Part shown: one piece after another, positions 59,976 to 64,000 of the stretch
How the letters are laid out: every line of letters starts with the position of its first letter
How positions within the stretch are numbered: position 1 is the first letter of the stretch
Assembly (NCBI RefSeq): GCF_001194135.2
Contig: NC_068989.1
Span: 81,912,049 to 81,976,048 of the forward strand
DNA length: 64,000 nucleotides
Source of the DNA: Octopus bimaculoides
Lineage: Eukaryota
Reading direction: 5' to 3'
Position numbers and translations under genes: made by a program
The notes under the pieces: generated by a model
Database searches by the model: none
What the model was told of the DNA's origin: nothing
What the model saw: only the letters and a program-made list of their open reading frames with translations

Positions 59976-62953
59976 GTCCTAAAATTACTTTGGCTATGCT
60001 TGTATGCATGTAACCCTGTCCCTCCACCCTTTCCATCTTGTCAAGCATTCACCTACAATTTATCCCTGAATACACATCATTCTCCTATCTACAGCGTTAC
60101 TCAGCTGCTGCAATCACTTGAGAGCAGAATCAGTGCATACTACATCCCCCACTTTCTTTACTCTTCCAGTTAATGCCCTCCCCACCGGAACCACTTCCAT
60201 TTCCCATTTGCATTATCATCCCATGGCATACTATTTTCACTGAACTTCTCTTGTCTGTACCTTCAACCATCGCACCCTCTCCTGCTATACTCCATCTCAA
60301 CACCTCTTCATATTTGCCATTATTCTCAACACACTCTAACTGCCATCACACTCCACCTATTATAGCCCCTTACCCCTTTTGTGCATATGTGAGTGTGTGT
60401 ACTAAAATGAAGTTGTTATTTTAAAACTACTTTAAGCATGTGAAAGGAATATTTCCTGATGGGGGTGACCCAATACTGAAAGTACAGTCAAATTTATTGT
60501 AAACTGAAGCTGGCTCAGACTTATTTTCACCTCACAGTTTAATGAAGCAAACCAGTTGAATAAGCTGTTATAGAAAACATGAAACCCCAGTCAAAATAAA
60601 CTTTACATTCACAGTTTAACTGAAACCACTATTTTATTTGATATTTATTTTATTGACCATGAAGGAGTAAAAGGTAGCATTTGAACGGAGGACTGCCAAA
60701 AAACTAGCCAAACTGGTAACCGTCTACATCAACTTCATTACTGAAGTAGCAGCAACAACGACAGTTGTAACAACAATTACATGTGTCTCTCATTAAAACA
60801 AAATCTCTTGGGTAATTAATAATAAATTATGCTAATATTGTAACTGAAACAGTAGTGTAAGAAAAAGAGAGACAGAGTAAGGGTGATGGAGAAACAGACA
60901 GACAAAGAGAAAGAAAGAAATTAATATACGGTAATGATTATTATCAGCTGACACTTAGGCTAACTATCTATCCCAGATATCTCCAGAAGTCATTAATTAA
61001 TTGAGAGTATTTGACTTAATTTTTTTAAAGAAAAATACTTAGTCTTCTAGGTACAAACTTGCCCCACGCCCATAAAGGCATTTGCACTTCTATTTAGGGG
61101 TGCACAAGTAGCTGTGTGGTCTAGATATTTGTTTCACAACTACAGTTTTAAGTTCTATCCAACTGCAGAGATCAACCAAAACTTTTCAAGTGGAATTTTA
61201 TAGACAGAAGCCATGTTGAAGCCTATTGGATGTTGTGAGGTGGGGACACTTCTGTTCTATCTTCTAATTTAACACCACCTTCTGATTCTTGGACACCATT
61301 AGTTCTGCATGTATTGAAGCCATGTTACTAGTCTTCTCTTCTTCCCACAAATTCTGTGGGCTGTGCAAAAGGTTACAGATGCTACCCTTCATCCTCTCAT
61401 ATTTCAAACATGTCTCAGATTGATGTTGTGAGAGAACAACTACAGAGTCACATGACCTATTATTAAAGAATACATTAAATAATGTAGTCCTAGATAAACT
61501 CTGAGCAAAAGACAGGATGGTCACAGATGGAATACCTTTAATCATAGGTTTTTTAGAACAGGGACTGATCATATAATAAACAGTAACTTGGCTGAATATA
61601 TCTGAATTCCAAATCATAGCAAATGCACTGAAGTGAAACTTAATTCATATATTTAGGTTAATACAATGGGTTTACATACGAAAGAACTCAGTAAAAAGGA
61701 CTAACATTTAGCATTATAATTCTGATTTTGACTCAAAGAAATTACTAAGACAGCGCTAACACTTCAGTTCATTATTATTATTATTATTATTATTTTATTA
61801 CTAGTGTTGAAACACCCAAAACTGTGGCTTTGAATTCTTTTGTATCATATTCCTGGCATATTCTTTTGTATCATATTCCTTCTCAAGCCCTATGTTCTGA
61901 AAGTGGCCCCTTCCCTAAAGTATTCACATGCTTGGACAATTGTTTCCATGTTTCCAAAGTTATCAAAGAAGTGGTGGTGGTGGTGGTGGTGGTAGTAGTA
62001 GTAGTGATGGTTGTGGTGGTGGTAACAGTACTAGTAGGAATGCTGATGGTGTTGGTACTTGTGTTAGTGGCGGTAGTAGTAGTCGTGTTGGTAGGGATGG
62101 TTAAGCTGGTGGTAATTGTGGTGGTGGTGATGAGAGTAGTATTGATCCTGGAGGTAGTGAGTTCAACCAGTCATTATCTGAGATATCGGTTTACCGTCAA
62201 ACTCTGCTTTTGCATGTGTTTACCTCCAGACACTAGTTTTACAACAATTTGTCAGGAAAATAAACTGAAAAACTACCATATTTCCTAGTATATAAGGTGA
62301 AACTTTTAGACCAAAATTTACAACCAAAAATAGCAAGTTGACTTAAAGACGACTTTGGAGGACCAAAAATTCTATGTGAAATGCAGAAAAAATTGGAAAG
62401 ATAATGACCATGTTTGAATGTTTACAAAACATGTATACACTATACATTACATCAACTTGGATGCTGGAAAATACAGTACATCTCATCAGCAAATGAAACC
62501 AAAGATGAAAGTTTAGTGATGGGAACCCATAGTTTGTTGGTGACAGCGGTGACCAGGGAGGCAACCTGCTAGTGTTGATAGCCACAGCATTGACCACCAA
62601 GGTCATGTTCACTGTTATAAGATCCATAATGGGACTTCCTTGAGTACTTCTAATGTTGCTTTACTGTTATATAATTACCCACTACAAAAATGGAAGCAGC
62701 AGTCGTCAGTGTTATTATTGTACTAACAAGTCATTACCATCAAGTCACTGTAGTAGTCATTGCAATGTTTACTAGTTATAGTAAACTGTATGTAATCTTT
62801 AACTAGTTACAGCTGTAGTAGTTTTAAAGTCTTAGCGTTAATTAAACAAAGTGCTAGGATAAGTTGGTATGTAAGGTGGGTCATGTTGGGATCGAGTATC
62901 AAATAAATAATGTAGTTTTGCTGTGTGGTAACCGGTGTAATGTTGGGGTAGAT

Positions 62954-63458
62954 CAGGGGTGGGGAAACCCCTGCCTATGGGTGCAATTGCGCCTGCGAGC
63001 ACATTCTGTTGCGCCCGCAGGCTGATGTATTCTTATGTACAAAATATAATAATTTTTTCAATCATAAAATTTATACAATATTCATATGCCTATTTGCGAC
63101 ATAGGTCGTGTTTCCACTGTGACTTAAAACGGTTAGACTCGAACAGAAATCGTCCGGTATTTGCCATTTGAATGGAAATTTTGTTTTCACTATAAAACAC
63201 ATATTGCTAGGTTTGTACCATCTCCCTGAGCCCAACTACACTTTAGCTGAAAAATATAGAATACCGCATAAGAAATATAAATGTCCTAAATTCAGGGGTG
63301 GTGTTAACGAAGATGTTATATGTTAATTTAATGTATATCGAATTATACATAGATATATACAAAATTTCCACATATAAGAGTTAGAACTTGAGGTCCGCTT
63401 GTGGACCTTTGCCATTGGAAATTTTTGCCTGCCACACTAAAAAGTTTCCCGACCCTTG
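62954..63458. mobile_element. hAT MITE with perfect 8-bp target-site duplication
   Basis: TSD GGGTAGAT at 62946-62953 and 63459-63466; TIRs CAGGGGTGGGGAAAC and GTTTCCCGACCCTTG (13/15). Confidence 0.9.
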
Positions 63459-63968
63459 GGGTAGATTGTTGTGGTTATGGTTGAGTATTGAGGTAAATTG
63501 AACTGAAGAGGGCAGGAGAACTTTGAGCTTCACTGACAGTAAACAAAAATGATTGATTTTATGGAATATATTCACTAATGTTGTTGTTGTTGATGACACA
63601 GGAAGTGGTCTTTAGTATTCTGTCACTTAAATGTTGTAATTTTTCTTTTAGTTTGTAAAATTGGTCGTTAGAACTTCTAAATATGTGGTATGGTATCAAA
63701 AATGGAACATACCAGCAAGATGTGGAGGGTAGTAAATTGGAAGAAGAACTGATTCAGTGGACAAAAAGATGATGATAAAAGGATCCATAAGAAATGATTC
63801 AGACAAAAATAGCATTAATTTTCTAGGTTGTTCAATTATTCTGAACCGATCAATGGGCTGATTGAACAAATCTATCAATAATGAACCTATAATTACTACT
63901 GGAAACAACTATAAGTCAAATAAACTTCAATAAAGAAATATATGTAATGATCATTGTTTATGCCTTGT

Positions 63969-64000
<32 letters not shown>

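Noticed and set aside
61824-62288. 154-aa Val-rich hydrophobic ORF
   Set aside because: Driven by (GGT)n/(GTA)n repeats, not a membrane protein.

Overview
AT-rich, microsatellite- and repeat-dense animal genomic DNA, very likely Octopus (coleoid cephalopod) judging from the tRNA-derived SINE families, RTE tails and AC/AT/AAT/GATA microsatellites. No prokaryotic features or CRISPR arrays. The window holds the 3' two-thirds of one minus-strand gene, an ARHGAP21/ARHGAP23 (RhoGAP19D-type) PH + RhoGAP protein. I reconstructed 13 phase-compatible GT-AG exons from 27157 down to a TAA stop at 7542-7544 (3638 nt of CDS). A candidate short first coding exon at 31237-31276 would give a 1225-aa isoform without the PDZ domain; no PDZ exon was found in the window. 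The rest is intronic or flanking DNA with SINEs, RTE and RLE-type (HERO/NeSL-like) LINE relics, a Tc1/mariner transposase relic, hAT, mariner and piggyBac-like MITEs, Helentron-like elements, minisatellites and four N gaps. The most interesting signal is in the gene: about eight positions in the PH, GAP and C-terminal motifs differ from the ARHGAP21/23 residue (recalled from memory) by a single genomic A where G would restore it, including a CAG (Gln) at the near-invariant Arg of the RhoGAP K-x-x-x-R-x-LP-x-PL motif. This suggests a GAP tuned or activated by A-to-I recoding. Several intronic dsRNA-forming structures lie nearby: an inverted SINE pair around four GAP exons, a 73-bp hairpin and inverted RTE tails. 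The editing, circRNA and isoform ideas are hypotheses that need RNA data.
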